Origin: Leucoraja erinacea
Lineage: Eukaryota
DNA: 64,000 nt
Reading direction: 5' to 3'
NCBI RefSeq assembly: GCF_028641065.1
Contig: NC_073380.1
Location: forward strand, 104,408,001-104,472,000
Part shown: one piece after another, positions 22,231 through 34,509 of the stretch
Numbering within the stretch: position 1 is the first letter of the stretch
Layout: every line of letters starts with the position of its first letter
Position numbers and translations under genes: made by a program
The notes under the pieces: generated by a model
Seen by the model: only the letters and a program-made list of their open reading frames with translations
Told to the model about the DNA's origin: nothing
Databases searched by the model: none

Positions 22231-23777
22231 ATGTTCAGAAGGCTTCCCATTGTCGGTCTACAATGCAGTTAGACTGAAGTACCCTTTGTAACAATATTAC
22301 TGAAAAGTTTCTGAAATCAAAACAACAATATCCATGAAGAAACACGGACAAATTAAATCAGAAGCACTTAGGTTGAAATATGGACTCAATCACCTCACCT
22401 CTCTTCTTTTCATATTGTTTTAAATACATCGCTGCACATTTGAATCAAAGAGAATTTTCTCTGACAGCAGATCATAAGAGAATGAATCTGTTGTCAAAGC
22501 AGTACATACCTTAGGCAATTACAAACTTGAAGAGAAACCGCCAGTTCATTTTCATTGTCAGTGTAGAGCAGCCTGGGTTAATTTGGAACTTGAAGATGAG
22601 AAGATTAGCCCAACCCAATGCAATTTCAAGACTAGCATATTGCTTGCCTAAACCTATGAATAGGAAGTTGAAGCTCAACTTTAAGCTGATTAGAGATTTG
22701 TTAGCGAATAAATCAACAATACCTATGCCTCCTTTTTATGTTTTGGATTTACAGGCATAATTATGAATGCAAATAAGTTAAAAGTAGAGGTGGATGCTAA
22801 TATGATCATTATAAAATATAACAAAAATCTAATTGGACAGTGTTTGACAATTGCCATGTAAATGTATTGATGTCTTCACCTTTGGATTCATATAGATTTT
22901 TTTCCCCTCAGTCAATACTCAACAACTGAATCCAACATCAAAGCCAACGTCCAATATATCACTTGCTGCTTAGGAAATAGTACCAGCAAAGCTGAAATTC
23001 AAGTTGACATGCTTCACTATCTGCATTTGTTTCCCTATCTGCATTTTAAATGGATTGATTGCCATACGAGTGTTTTTTTTTGTCTGATATAAAGCTAAAG
23101 AGGAACAAAGATTAACAATAAGAATAAATATTACAGGCAAAATATTTATTTTAAAATATAGTCAGGAACTAATGGGCATGATAAAATTGATAATCCCCAA
23201 GTAATACTTTAGATGAGGGAGTATGTTACTTAAGTAGACAAACCACGATTAAGGTTTTAGTACATTCAGTAATTTTGTGAAGGAGTCTCACGAGCAAAGG
23301 CATCCCACAAAACAAACACAATTCAGCATTTGAAATAAATATGGTTAATTAATCATGGAGTGTACTCTCTGTTCATTAGCATGTCCAGGTGTCAACCGGG
23401 TGGACTAAATTCATTCTTGACAAGGTGAGTAGGCACCTCCTTATAACATCAACATTGGCACCATAAGGATAGCAGTTCTCATGGGCAATCACCAGGGCAC
23501 TAAATGGAATTTATTTCTGTGTGGATGCTGAGACTTGATGCTGACGCCGACCATGTGCTTAAAATGTGTAGGAAGGAACTGCAGATGCTAGTTAATACCA
23601 AAGGTAACCAATGCTTGAAATGCCTGTAGTGGTCAGAAAATGTAACAGAAGGCTGGGTCTCTAAATTCAGATTAATTGTTACATTTTGTCAGGCCTCTGA
23701 CATTGACGTAGATCATTGACCCAATGTTTCCAATATTTACCAATTCCATCCAATTATGGAGGCAACTTATAGTGGTC

Positions 23778-23968
23778 AACATAGAAACATAGACATAGAA
23801 ACATAGAAATTAGGTGCAGGAGTAGGCCATTCGGCCCTTCGAGCCTGCACCGCCATTCAATATGATCATGGCTGATCATCCAACTCAGTATCCCGTACCT
23901 GCCTTCTCTCCATACCCCCTGATCCCCTTAGCCACAAGGGCCACATCTAACTCCCTCTTAAATATAGC
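23778..23968 (-). mobile_element. HER1-like LINE 3' end
   Basis: (ACATAGAA)n tail plus a 3' UTR nearly identical to the other HER1-like copies. Confidence 0.9.
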
Positions 23969-24412
23969 AATTAGTCTACCAAGCAGTCTACCAAGCAGCC
24001 TACCATTGGGTTGTGGGAGGTAACTAATGAATCTAGAGAAATCCATGCAGTCACAAGGAGAACTTGCAAATTTCGCACAGACAGTATCGGATGTGATGAT
24101 TCAGCCCAGTTTGCTGCAGCTATTATGCAGCAGCTCTACAGGCTGCAACACTATGCCACCAGATGGAAAAGGTGTGCAGAGAAATCGGCACTTGACATGT
24201 ATTTAAAATAAATGTTGAAATAAATGTCCTTACACCAGTGTAACCAATTTGAGCAACACTTTAGTGTTTTGCCATTCAGCTACGATAGTCCAAGCTCCCA
24301 AACATATGTTCAGTTACATTCTCCCTGGCACAATAGCTTGCAAACTAGACAATGAATACTTAGCTGGTGTTATGACTACATCATTCTTGGATGTAATATA
24401 TGACCAAGTATT

Positions 24413-24530
24413 CCAGTCTCAAGAAGGGTCTAATCCAAAATGTTATCTGTCCATTCCTTTCCCAGATACTGCATGACTTGCTGAGTTCCTCCAGCATTTG
24501 CTCAAGATTCCAGCACCTGCAGATTCTTTT
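24413..24530 (+). mobile_element. degraded Penelope pLTR
   Basis: CAGTCTCAAGAAGGGTCTAATCCAAAATGTT...GCTGAGTTCCTCCAGCATT. Confidence 0.7.
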
Positions 24531-25974
24531 GTTACAAGGTAGTTCCATTCATCAAATTTACTTATATGTTGATTTATCTCTGCCACTTCAACATGTTCAT
24601 TGATTTATGAACATTTAAAAAAATTAGCACTGACAATTGGACATGCGAATCAAAAAAAAAACCACAATGGATTTTAGAAATCTGAATTGAAAAAAAACAG
24701 AGAATGTTGAAAGCACTCGGTATCTCAGTGGCATATGTGAAAAGTGAAAAGAGTTACTATTTCAGATATTAAATCTGTATGTGGAACTGAGAAAGCGGAG
24801 AAGAAGGTAGTTTTTAAGCAGAGAAAGGGTTGGCAAGGGATGGATAGACCCAAACGAGTATCTCTGATATGGTGAAACCAAGTGTGGCAACTAGAAGCAG
24901 ATAATGTGTTTCTTATTTCAGATGTGTGGGGACATACTCCATAGACTAGGCTATAGAGAAAACAAAGTTTAAGTCATAGATGAATAGATTGCCAAAATTC
25001 CCTTTATTCTACCCATTCTTCTTCCATTTTCTCTGCTACCAAAAACTAACTTGTTTTCACTGTCTCTCAGTTCTGACAAAGGGTTTTGGAAACAACTGAA
25101 TCCAGTACATTCAGCGGAGCTATGCTACATTTGCATATTGTTAAAATGGTAATGAACTTGCCATGCTCATGCCATGTATTATGCATTCCGAGGCCTCTTC
25201 AGCCCTGCATCACCAAGGTTTGAAGGGCCAGTGAAAGGGTTTACAAAGACCAGTATCTTAACAGGGAGAAATTGTGGAGAAAAATGTCAGAATATTTATG
25301 AAACATTGTCAACTAATGCCTACATAAGTAAAACAGCCGCATACTTACATGACAGTAGAATTTGGTGAGGAAACAATTGTGTTCCACTGAACAAGGAAGA
25401 ATCAAAAGAGATATTTGGTCAAATTGAATCTGAGATAATATGTCACTATCCAAGTTTCTATCCATGAGCAGGAGCTGAAGATGTGATTGATTGAAGGATG
25501 CTCATTCAAGCAACAGTGATAGAAAGCCTTTGAGAAGGATATCAAACTGTCTGGACTGCTTCAGTAAGGAAGTTCATTGTCGCTTTCAAAGAATGGAGCA
25601 GCTGATATAGAAAGACAAGCATTCTGCTGAGGAGAAAACAAACTGCATGTCAGAGCATTTCACTCAAACCCATCAACAGAAAATAATTACTGACATCAAT
25701 GAGGTAAGCAGAACTTAAAGCAATGTTTCTTATGGTGGTGACAGCTATGTCAACAAAGTGAAATGTCTTGCTTAAAGAAGGCAATGAAAAGGAAGTGGAA
25801 CATCCACATTGTAAAATTTTGTCATTCAGCCATCCCAATGCATTCAAACACATCAAAGGAAATGTTGAAGACAGCACAGAGATCAACAGTAATTCTGATG
25901 GAACCAAATTCATTGATGGGTAAAAATGGGCATATGTAACGTGCTTCAAGCACCAGTTGATAAAAATGCTAAAG

Positions 25975-26270
25975 GCAAAGTGCTGGAGTAACGCAGCGAA
26001 TCAGCAGTTTCTGTAGAGGGGATAGATAGGAATCGGAGACACAGGAGACAGCTCAGTGCCTTTCTTCATAGAGCTTGTGGTAGGGGAACGAAAGCTGGAA
26101 AAGAACTGGGGGTGGGTCAATGCCTGGCAAGAGATAGGTGTATATGGGTGAGGGTGTTTGATTGGCAGATGGGTGAAGTACGAAGCTGGAGGTGTGAAGG
26201 AGACAACAGGATGTCAAATAAGCAGAGTGGTGGAGGGTAATGTAAAGCCAGAGGGAGGGACAACAAACAT
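25975..26270 (-). mobile_element. Penelope pLTR fragment
   Basis: AAAGTGCTGGAGTAACGCAGCG...GAAAGCTGGAAAAG...TGTAAAGCCAGAGGGAGGGA, co-linear with 30722-31050. Confidence 0.7.
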
Positions 26271-26309
26271 TCAACAGCCTTCAGTATTGTCCCTCCCTCT
26301 GTTAGTCAG

Positions 26310-26787
26310 GAAACATAGAAACATAGAAATTAGGTGCAGGAGTAGGCCATTCGGCCCTTCGAGCCTGCACCGCCATTCAATATGATCATGGCTGATCATC
26401 CAACTCAGTATCCCGTACCTGCCCTCTCTCCATACCCTCTGATCCCCTTAGCCACAAGGGCCACATCTAACTCCCTCTTAAATATAGCAAATGAACTGGC
26501 CTCAACTACCCTCTGTGGCAGAGAGTTCCAGAGATTCACCACTCTCTGTGTGGAAAAAAGTTCTTCTCATCTCGGTTTTAAAGGATTTCCCCCTTATCCT
26601 TAAGCTGTGATCCCTTGTCCTGGACTTCCCTAACATCGGGAACAGTCTTCCTGCATCTAGCCTGTTCAACCTCTTAAGAATTTTGTAAGTTTCTATAAGA
26701 TCCCCTCTCAATCTCCTAAATTCTAGAGAGGATAAACCAAGTCTATCCAGTCTTTCTTCATAAGACAGTCCTGACATCCTAGGAAAT
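26310..26787 (-). mobile_element. HER1-like LINE 3' fragment
   Basis: Minus ORF MSGLSYEERLDRLGL..RRLRGDLIETYKIL, with an (ACATAGAA)n tail. Confidence 0.92.
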
Positions 26788-27554
26788 ACTAGGCCCTTTC
26801 TTTGCAACTATACTATAATACTATAACTTTCACAGACCTGAGATTGTTTGGTTTGAAAATAACTTCCAAATCATGAAACATTCAGTTATAGTGATGTTCA
26901 ATTGAGCTTTGCTGCAACTTTGGCCCTACACAATAAAGATATCACATCTGATTTTCCTCCAATCAACACCACTAAATGTGAAGAAGTGGCTATAAAACAG
27001 CATGTACATTGTGTGAGCATGAATGCAGTGTGCAAGATAACAGTACAGAATTGTATCAAAGCTAAAAGGAAACAAGGTGTTGCTGTATCATTGTGTGTGT
27101 GAGAGAGACAGCAATCCATTCACAACAATGAAATCACCCTCACATGACATTTATACACTGCCAACCAGCACAAACATGGTTAATTGATGATTTCACCTTC
27201 CTTACATCTTGTGCTACAGGTAATCACATTGTCATTCAAAAGTAGGTAAATTAACATGTTGAAAACATTGTTCAAGGAATCATGAAAATTTAACATTTTT
27301 TAACAAGGACGTTCCTAGGAGGAACACAAAATCAGCAAAAGTCAAAACTTTTCAAACTTATAAGAATCCATTTGAGTTTCCACAAGGGCAATTGATTAAT
27401 ATTTCTGATGATTTTCAGATCAACACCCTGCGATCATTTACTTGTAATTATAATTAGCTGTGGTAGGTTAACCACCGTATAAATTGTCAGTTCAACGAAT
27501 TCAAAAGCTAGCATTCTAAAGTTTTATTAAATCTTTTGTGCTCTGCAAACTGTG

Positions 27555-27648
27555 CAGAAAGGCCTAGACCTGAAACGTCACTCATTCCTTCTCTCCAGAG
27601 ATGCTGCCTGTCTCGCTGAGTTACTCCAGCTTTCTGTGTCTATCTTCC
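27555..27648 (+). mobile_element. Penelope pLTR fragment
   Basis: GACCTGAAACGTCACTCATTCCTTCTCTCCAGAGATGCTGCC...CCAGCTTTCTGTGTCTATC. Confidence 0.8.
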
Positions 27649-28439
27649 CAATAACAGACTATTGTTTAACAATGATAACTTCAGGAAGTTCCAAGTGGAT
27701 AAATTGTGCACATCTCAAAATCACATCTCAAACACCACAGAATAGGTTTATGTGAAGGCTAAAGAGATGTAGCCACATAAATAAGAACTTTATATTGTTG
27801 TGGAACAACAGAGCATTTTCACTTTCAACACTTGAAATTATGTGAACATAATCTATGCATGCACAATAATCACAGAAGCATTTCAGTGTACAGACTTATA
27901 CACCGAAGCAACTTTTAAACAAAGTTTATGTTTTTATTAAAGACCTTTTCACAGTATTTGGACAAGTTTATAGCTACCTGTAAATCCCAGAGAACAGTTA
28001 ATCACATGGAATAATCCTCAAAGGGTTGATAGCATTTAAGTAACAATTATGATTCACAACAAGTTTACATCTAGCACTGCCAGCTACAAACATCTCAGCA
28101 CGTGCACACATGAGATATTATGTGAAATAATAATCAATCTTGACACGAGCATGACAAAGTAAAGCAAAAAAAAAGTTGAAAATAAATGCAGAGTAACTCA
28201 TGGAATACAAATCTACACTCTGACAGCCTGGGGATTCTGTTCTTATGAAAATTGATAACAACGTAGGTTAGTACATAATTCCATGTTACTACACAGCAAA
28301 CCAAGGTCAACTGAATCTCAGTTGAATTACAGTGTGCAGTCGTTTGTGCAAACCCAGAGGCCAAGTTATACGACATCATTGAAATACTCAAGAGGATGGG
28401 TCATCTACAAGATAAAGTTCTACATCAAGCTGCTCCTGC

Positions 28440-28870
28440 TGTATCAAGCTGCCATCTAACCATAATGTTTGTTGGTGAGTCCCTGGAAAATATAACCACT
28501 TCCTATATCTCAGGAGCCACCTCCCATGATGAAATTGATGATATGATATGATGATATTTTACTCAATCAAGCGAAAGGGTGCTTGAATTATAAAATCTCA
28601 TATATAGCACAAATCTCGTGGTCTATCAGTCAGCAGCGATCTTTGACCTTCCGCATGTTTCTGAAACCAAGATGACCTGAAGTGTGTACATCTCAAAGTT
28701 TTGGAGAAATGCCAGCAACAGAGTCTCTGCAAAATCTTCCAAATTCACCGCAAGAGTGAGCAATTAAATGTCAGTGTGCTCTACCAATCCAGCAACATCA
28801 GTCTTGAGACCTTAGTTACACTCACTGAGCAGGCCACATTATTCTCAAAACTAACGCCAGACTCCCACAC
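28440..28870 (+). mobile_element. degraded RTE-clade LINE fragment
   Basis: Remnants HF.YL.SHL and LKVLEKCQQQSLCKIFQIH....NVSVL.Q.SNIS.E resemble the RTE C-terminal region. Confidence 0.65.
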
Positions 28871-29144
28871 TAGATACTGTGACAACACGTCCTCCCCAAG
28901 GCTGGTTCAACCCCAGTCACTGGCAGACAGGCCAGGAGGAGCCAACGGTAACAACCATCAACAATGTTTGGTTGCTGGGAAATACTGGGCTGAGCTGAGG
29001 CCATAGCCACAGGACCGACAGCTGCGTACAAGTAGCCAGTATTGGATCAACTCACCCGCACCTCGCCAGCCCTCCTCCTTAAAACCAAGGCAGCCACGGC
29101 CAGAAGAGGGGAGAGGAGAAAATTGATGACTTCCAATCGCCTGA

Positions 29145-29283
29145 GGTAGACATAAATGCTGGAGAAACTCAGCGGATAAGGTAGCATCTATGGAGCGAAG
29201 GAATGGGTGATGTTTTTCGGGTTGGGACCCTTCTTCAAACCCGACCCGACCCAAAACATCACCTATTCCTTCGCTCCATAGCA
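29145..29283. mobile_element. fold-back pair of Penelope pLTR fragments
   Basis: TATGGAGCGAAGGAATGGGTGATGTTTT is followed by its near reverse complement AAAACATCACCTATTCCTTCGCTCCATA. Confidence 0.8.
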
Positions 29284-30721
29284 TTGTTTAATGATATTTA
29301 CATTAATCATTAAAACCCTATTAACAGAGAGAAATGCAGGATGTCACCTAATCAAGGGATGGCTAAACAACATACTGCCCTTGCAAGAACTGTGCGAGAG
29401 ACGAGGGAATTAAACTGAAAAATGAGACTGAGAGAAGATAAAGACGAAGTGACATTGACCAAATGTCTAGGATGACTGGATTAGTCAGGCGGTGACCGAG
29501 TCTGATGTTGATTAAAGGAAAAATAAGGATACATTGTGTACATTTGTGATGTGCAAACTGAAACAACACTTGGGTTGGAGAAATCAAAAGAAAGCGAAAG
29601 GGAGCCTATCATTTGATTATATGAATATTTACAAACTCTCCGTCAAATGACTGAATCTTCGATCACTATGTATTCCATTGGCAAACTGTGTAAATTGGTT
29701 ATCTGCAAACAGATAATATTTGTAATCTGAAAGTGAATTAGGTTGACATGACTCTGAGCTGTTGATTATTTAAAATAAATGTTCTTCTGGGAATTTGTTG
29801 TAAATTGTCCTTAACTAGTAAGGTGCATTTCTTCAGCAACTACCAAAGCATTAATCAGACTCCCTGCCACAGCACATTAGTAGCCAGTATCAGAGTGACA
29901 ATGGCCTCTTCAATTATTGTTGTCTGCATGCTCGGACCAGTATCAGCTCAACAATGGAACTGCAGCATACAGATGAAAGGATTACACATGGACTGACTAA
30001 TTCCCGCTAACTTCCAAATGTCTTAGTTTAGCCTACAGTTAAACTTAGACATGGGCAAAGCATGGGTTCTCCACCAGATTGCCCCCGGTCAGTCATCAGA
30101 CCCAGCAAAGAAGTCGACTGTGAAAAACTAGGAAATGTAGTGCCTTGTCAGAACATCATTTCCAGAGGGCAAATATTCACATCAAAATTCAACACAGGTT
30201 TCAGGTGTTGTCCTTCCAGGTGTACAATAACCACAGCATCAAAGTGCATCAAATGGTTTAGATTGCAAATCAGTGCAGCTGCAAGATTTATGTGGATAAA
30301 AGAAAATACTTCAGAAATTTGAAACACCAACAGCAGTGATTACTTTGGATGGTCCAACTGTGGGTAATGAGGCCTTGCTTAATTAAGCAGAAGTGAATAG
30401 CATGAGCATGTGTCTGATCCACATCTACTAAAACAATTTCTCGATCTATAATACAAGGAAAGTGGGATGCCAAAAGAAATGCTTTGAACATACCCTCATT
30501 GCACTGTCAGAATATTTGGCATTGACATTGCATACTGGGAGGCCTAGGTCCAAAACAAGATTACCTGACTGTAAAAAAAACACACACAAAGATATAAAAC
30601 AGAAAATCTCATCAGAACAATAATGAGCTTACCCTGACTTATACAACCTGTAATGATTAGCAACATATCTGAAGCTCAGGGGTTGTGTTCCTAAATCACC
30701 AACAGAGAAAAAGTGTCTCTA

Positions 30722-31390
30722 GGAGACACAAGGAACTGCAGATGCTGCAGTCTTCAGTAAAAAATAAAATGCTGGAGGAACTCAAGCAGCCGCTGCGGAG
30801 GGTAGATAGGAAGGAATGGATAGGTGACATTTCAGGTTGGGGCCCTTCTTCAGACTGATTGTAGTGGAGAGGTGAAAGCTGGAAAAATGTGGGGGTGGGT
30901 CAAAGCCTAGCAGGTGATAGGTGGATACAGGTGAGGGAGGGTTTTGATTGCCAAATTGGAGGAGGTAAAAAAAGAGGCAATGGGTCAGATGGCAAGAGAA
31001 GAGGTGTGAAATGTAAAGCCAGAGGGAGGGATATGTGTGGAAGGGGAGGGAACGGAACGGGACGGGACGGGACGGAACGGTTTGAAGGGGGGTGGAATCA
31101 TGGGAGATCTGAGTCCACACCAGAGTGGGGAGGACAAAGGAAGGAGAATGGAGGGGGGAGAGGAGGGGAAGGGGGATGGGAAAGGGTGGATGTTACCTAA
31201 AATTGGAGAATTCAATGTTCATATCATAGTGTTGTAGGCAGAATATGAGGGTCTGTTCCTCTAGTTTGAGTGTGGTGTCACTTTGGCAATGGAGAGGCCC
31301 AGGACAGAAGGTCAAGATGGGAATGGGAAGGGTAGTTAAAATGGTTAGCAAATTAGAGATTCAGTTAGCCTTGGCAGACTGAACGATTGC
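30722..31390 (-). mobile_element. Penelope 3' end/pLTR with (GGAAC/GGGAC)n microsatellite
   Basis: The minus strand has CTGAAGAAGGGCCCCAACCTGAAATGTC and an ORF-end remnant like KLEEQ..I...MNIEFSNFR. Microsatellite at about 31047-31080. Confidence 0.85.
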
Positions 31391-32042
31391 CCACAATCTA
31401 CAGGGTTTGTCCCTGGTTATTCTTAAGAGCAAAAATGGGCTGATATCAACAATTAAAATGGGCTTAATCAAGTCACACCTTCGACTTAACACAATAATAA
31501 AATCAATTCATGTGAATAGTTTTAATGATGTGAATGTGTTGGATGAAATGTGATGTGGTATTTTCACTAAATTGTGCACATAAAGAAAATCATGATCAAT
31601 CCATATGAATTGTGTTTTGAAGTCTAAGTGATTGCAAAGATCTATAGATCAGTGAGATCTGTTCATGAAAAATAACTTGAATGTTTCAGCGTCTTCTACA
31701 TATTCAGAGCCCAATGTACAACATCGTGAATGAAATATTTCTGAAAATTTGGGCAAGCATTCCGGCAGTTGATCTGCAGCAAAATAGTTAATTGAAGCTC
31801 ACCAATTAATATATTCTGGTGATGTTTGGTGAGAGAAAAAAGTGCCCAGTTCTTCTGGAGTAGGCATATGTTTGATCAGCTAAAGCATGCTATTGAGCTC
31901 ATATCAACATCAACTCCAAAATAATTTATTTGGAACAGGGTGTGTGGAACAGGAGGAGGGTGAGTTCAAAATAAAATGGGATTCCTAGTATGTATTACCC
32001 GTGGACCTTCAATAGGTACCACAAAATCACAAATCAATACTT

Positions 32043-32335
32043 AATAGACAATAGACAATAGACAATAGGTGCACGAGTAGGCCATTCGGCACTTCGAGCC
32101 AGCACCGCCATTCAATGTGATCGTGGCTGATCATCCCCAATCAGTACCCCGTTCCTGCCTTCTCCTCATATCCCCTGACTTCACTATTTTTAAGAGCCCT
32201 ATCTAGCTCTCTCTTGAAAGCATTCAGAAAACCCACCTCCACCGCCCTCTGAGGCAGAGAATTCCACAGACTCACCACTCTGTGTGAGAAAAAGTGTTTC
32301 CTCGTCTCCGTTCTAAATGGCTTATTCCTTATTCC
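32043..32335 (-). mobile_element. CR1-type LINE 3' fragment, (AATAGAC)n tail subfamily
   Basis: Tail AATAGACAATAGACAATAGACAATAGGTGC followed by a CR1 3' UTR. Confidence 0.88.
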
Positions 32336-33150
32336 TAAATGGATAAACCTTTAATGGACAAACCTTACAGATAGTTGTTATAAGCTACAACAATTGAAAA
32401 CAAAAATGAATCTCTCCATCATAGATAGATCTTGAAACAAACAATATCAACAATCTGAATTTGTGTAGCATCTTGACACCAGTAAAATGGTGCTTCATTG
32501 CAGCATTTTCCAGCAACCTTATAATAAATTGAGCCAGACAGGAAAACATTAGGATGTTCCAAAAATAAGAAATGTCTCAAATTTAAAGAGAAAAGGGGAT
32601 GGCTTTTTATAAGAAGTGAATTGCAATCCTTCTAAATCCGTACCGGGTTAAGCAGAGTTTGTTCCTGTGAACTCTTCCTAACCCAACCAGTTCACGTTGG
32701 AAATGTGGCCAATATAGAGTTTTCACACCAGAAGATGCCTGTAGCAACCAGCAATCCATTCCACCAGTCTCCAAAGTCCTTGTTCATATGTACAGGCTGC
32801 ATATAAATTTGGTGTCCTTTGGCTGGAGAGACGCTTTATTGTAAGGCATCCAAGATGCATTCATAGATGTATGTCACATTGGGACATTGTCAGATTTACA
32901 GCATTGTGGCCTGGACTACCTACAAGGGCATCCCTAACCATAACAAAGAGAAACCATATACTGTCCCCACAATACCCATCAAATTCACTGACAGGATAAG
33001 CAAACTGAATTCAGCATCCACTTCCAGGCCAACATCCCTGCCTTGAGCACCTAATTATATTCAGTTAAGTTGACACACAGACTAACCAGGGCTTGAAGGG
33101 CCCCCTCTTTTCTATATTCTTATTTCAGTTCTATGCCTGTATTTCAATAT

Positions 33151-34061
33151 TCTGTACTATTATTAAAACTCTCATCTTGTCCTCTGCCGGTTTCCTTTTA
33201 CTTTTTAGAAATTTGCGCAAAAATGGTACCCAATATCGCTAGGATTTTTCGCCACCTTACTCAACGTTCTCCTCTGCTCCAATCGCACCAAGTTTTGTTC
33301 CGATCAGTGGAATATTACAAAAGTTATGAAGGTTTAAAAAATGATGAGATCAGCAGATTGGTCTTCTTGCCTGTCAGTTGCCATGAAGGTAACGCCCCTT
33401 CCGGCACCCACTGTCAATCACCGAGGCGAGGAGTATAAAGCTCCAGAGGCGGGGCTGAGTCAACAAGCTGTGCTGATTGAGTCCACAAGCTGTGCTGAGT
33501 GAGCCCGCAAAAGTGGAGTCGTGGAAGCCGCAGAGTGAAGCCGGGAGGTGCTGTGTGGTGCTGCGGCTGGTGTACGCTGAGTGGAGTCACACACCCCTCC
33601 ACAAACCCACACCCCCCTTCCTCCACCCCTGTTTCCCCTCTCCCTCCTTCCCCACACACCCCCCCCTCCCCCTGACACAACCACACCCCCCCCCTTTTTA
33701 ACCACTCCCCCCCCCCACACACACCAACACCCCCCTTCCCCTCTTCCCCACCCCCGTTCCCCCACCCCCTCCTCCTCACACCCCCCACACACAACTACAC
33801 CTCCCTTTAACCCTCCCCTGTTCCTCCTGCCTTCACCCCCACCACACACCACCTCAACCCCCCCCCCACACTCCCCTCCCCCATACTCCCCTCCCCCACA
33901 CCCCCCTCCCACACACCCCTCTCTCCACCACACAACCTCTCCCCCACACCTCCCCCCCCCTCCCCCACACCCCCCCCCTCCCCCACATCCACTCTCCCCA
34001 TACCACACCCCCCCCTTCCTATACCACAATCCCCCCTCCCAACCGGTCCCACTTAGTCTAG
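33151..34061 (+). mobile_element. non-autonomous Helitron-like element
   Basis: The 5' end is TCTGTACTATTATTAAAACTCTCATCTTG and the 3' end is GGTCCCACTTAGTCTAG followed by T. No TSD. The 5' part is homologous to 63481-63760. The sub-terminal hairpin is only half preserved. Confidence 0.65.
33590..34040. repeat. C/A-rich low-complexity tract (G-rich on minus strand)
   Basis: About 450 bp of C runs separated by A/T. Confidence 0.95.
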
Positions 34062-34509
34062 TCCTAACATTCCTAACATTTATTTTCAAAACACAAGCTC
34101 ACTTCAACTGACAGTTGTATTCATATTGTGTTCCAATTTTTGAAGTCTGCCTTCAGACCATTGAATCGATCATTAACAGTGAATAAGCTACTTTTAGGAA
34201 ACGTGGAGTGCAACTCATGCTATTAGATTAAGTAAACTTAACTTTTGCATCTGTGCATAAGCTAATTGCAAAATGGTTCTATTCTGCCATGACTCGGAGC
34301 ATAAAGCTGCAACATGTGAACATTTGGGATGCAGGAAACAGTGACTTTACTCTAAGCATTAGTATTCGCTGTCAGAGATTCTGATTTTTAAATTAGATGC
34401 TTAGATGAATCTCTCAGCTTGGATGCTAACGATCCCTTGGCACTTTGCAAAGAAGATACTGGTGTCTTGGCTAACATTTATATTTCAGAAAGCATCATTG
34501 AAAATTGTA

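Noticed and set aside
25390-25950. Possible decayed LTR-element RNase H (AELKAMFL motif)
   Set aside because: There is only one short motif and no sustained frame, which is too weak to call.
30060-30495. Short ORFs suggesting a host exon
   Set aside because: Stops interrupt every frame I checked and there is no recognisable homology.
33414-34111. Gly-rich and Pro/His-rich ORFs resembling keratin-associated or extensin proteins
   Set aside because: They are translation artefacts of the C-rich low-complexity tract.
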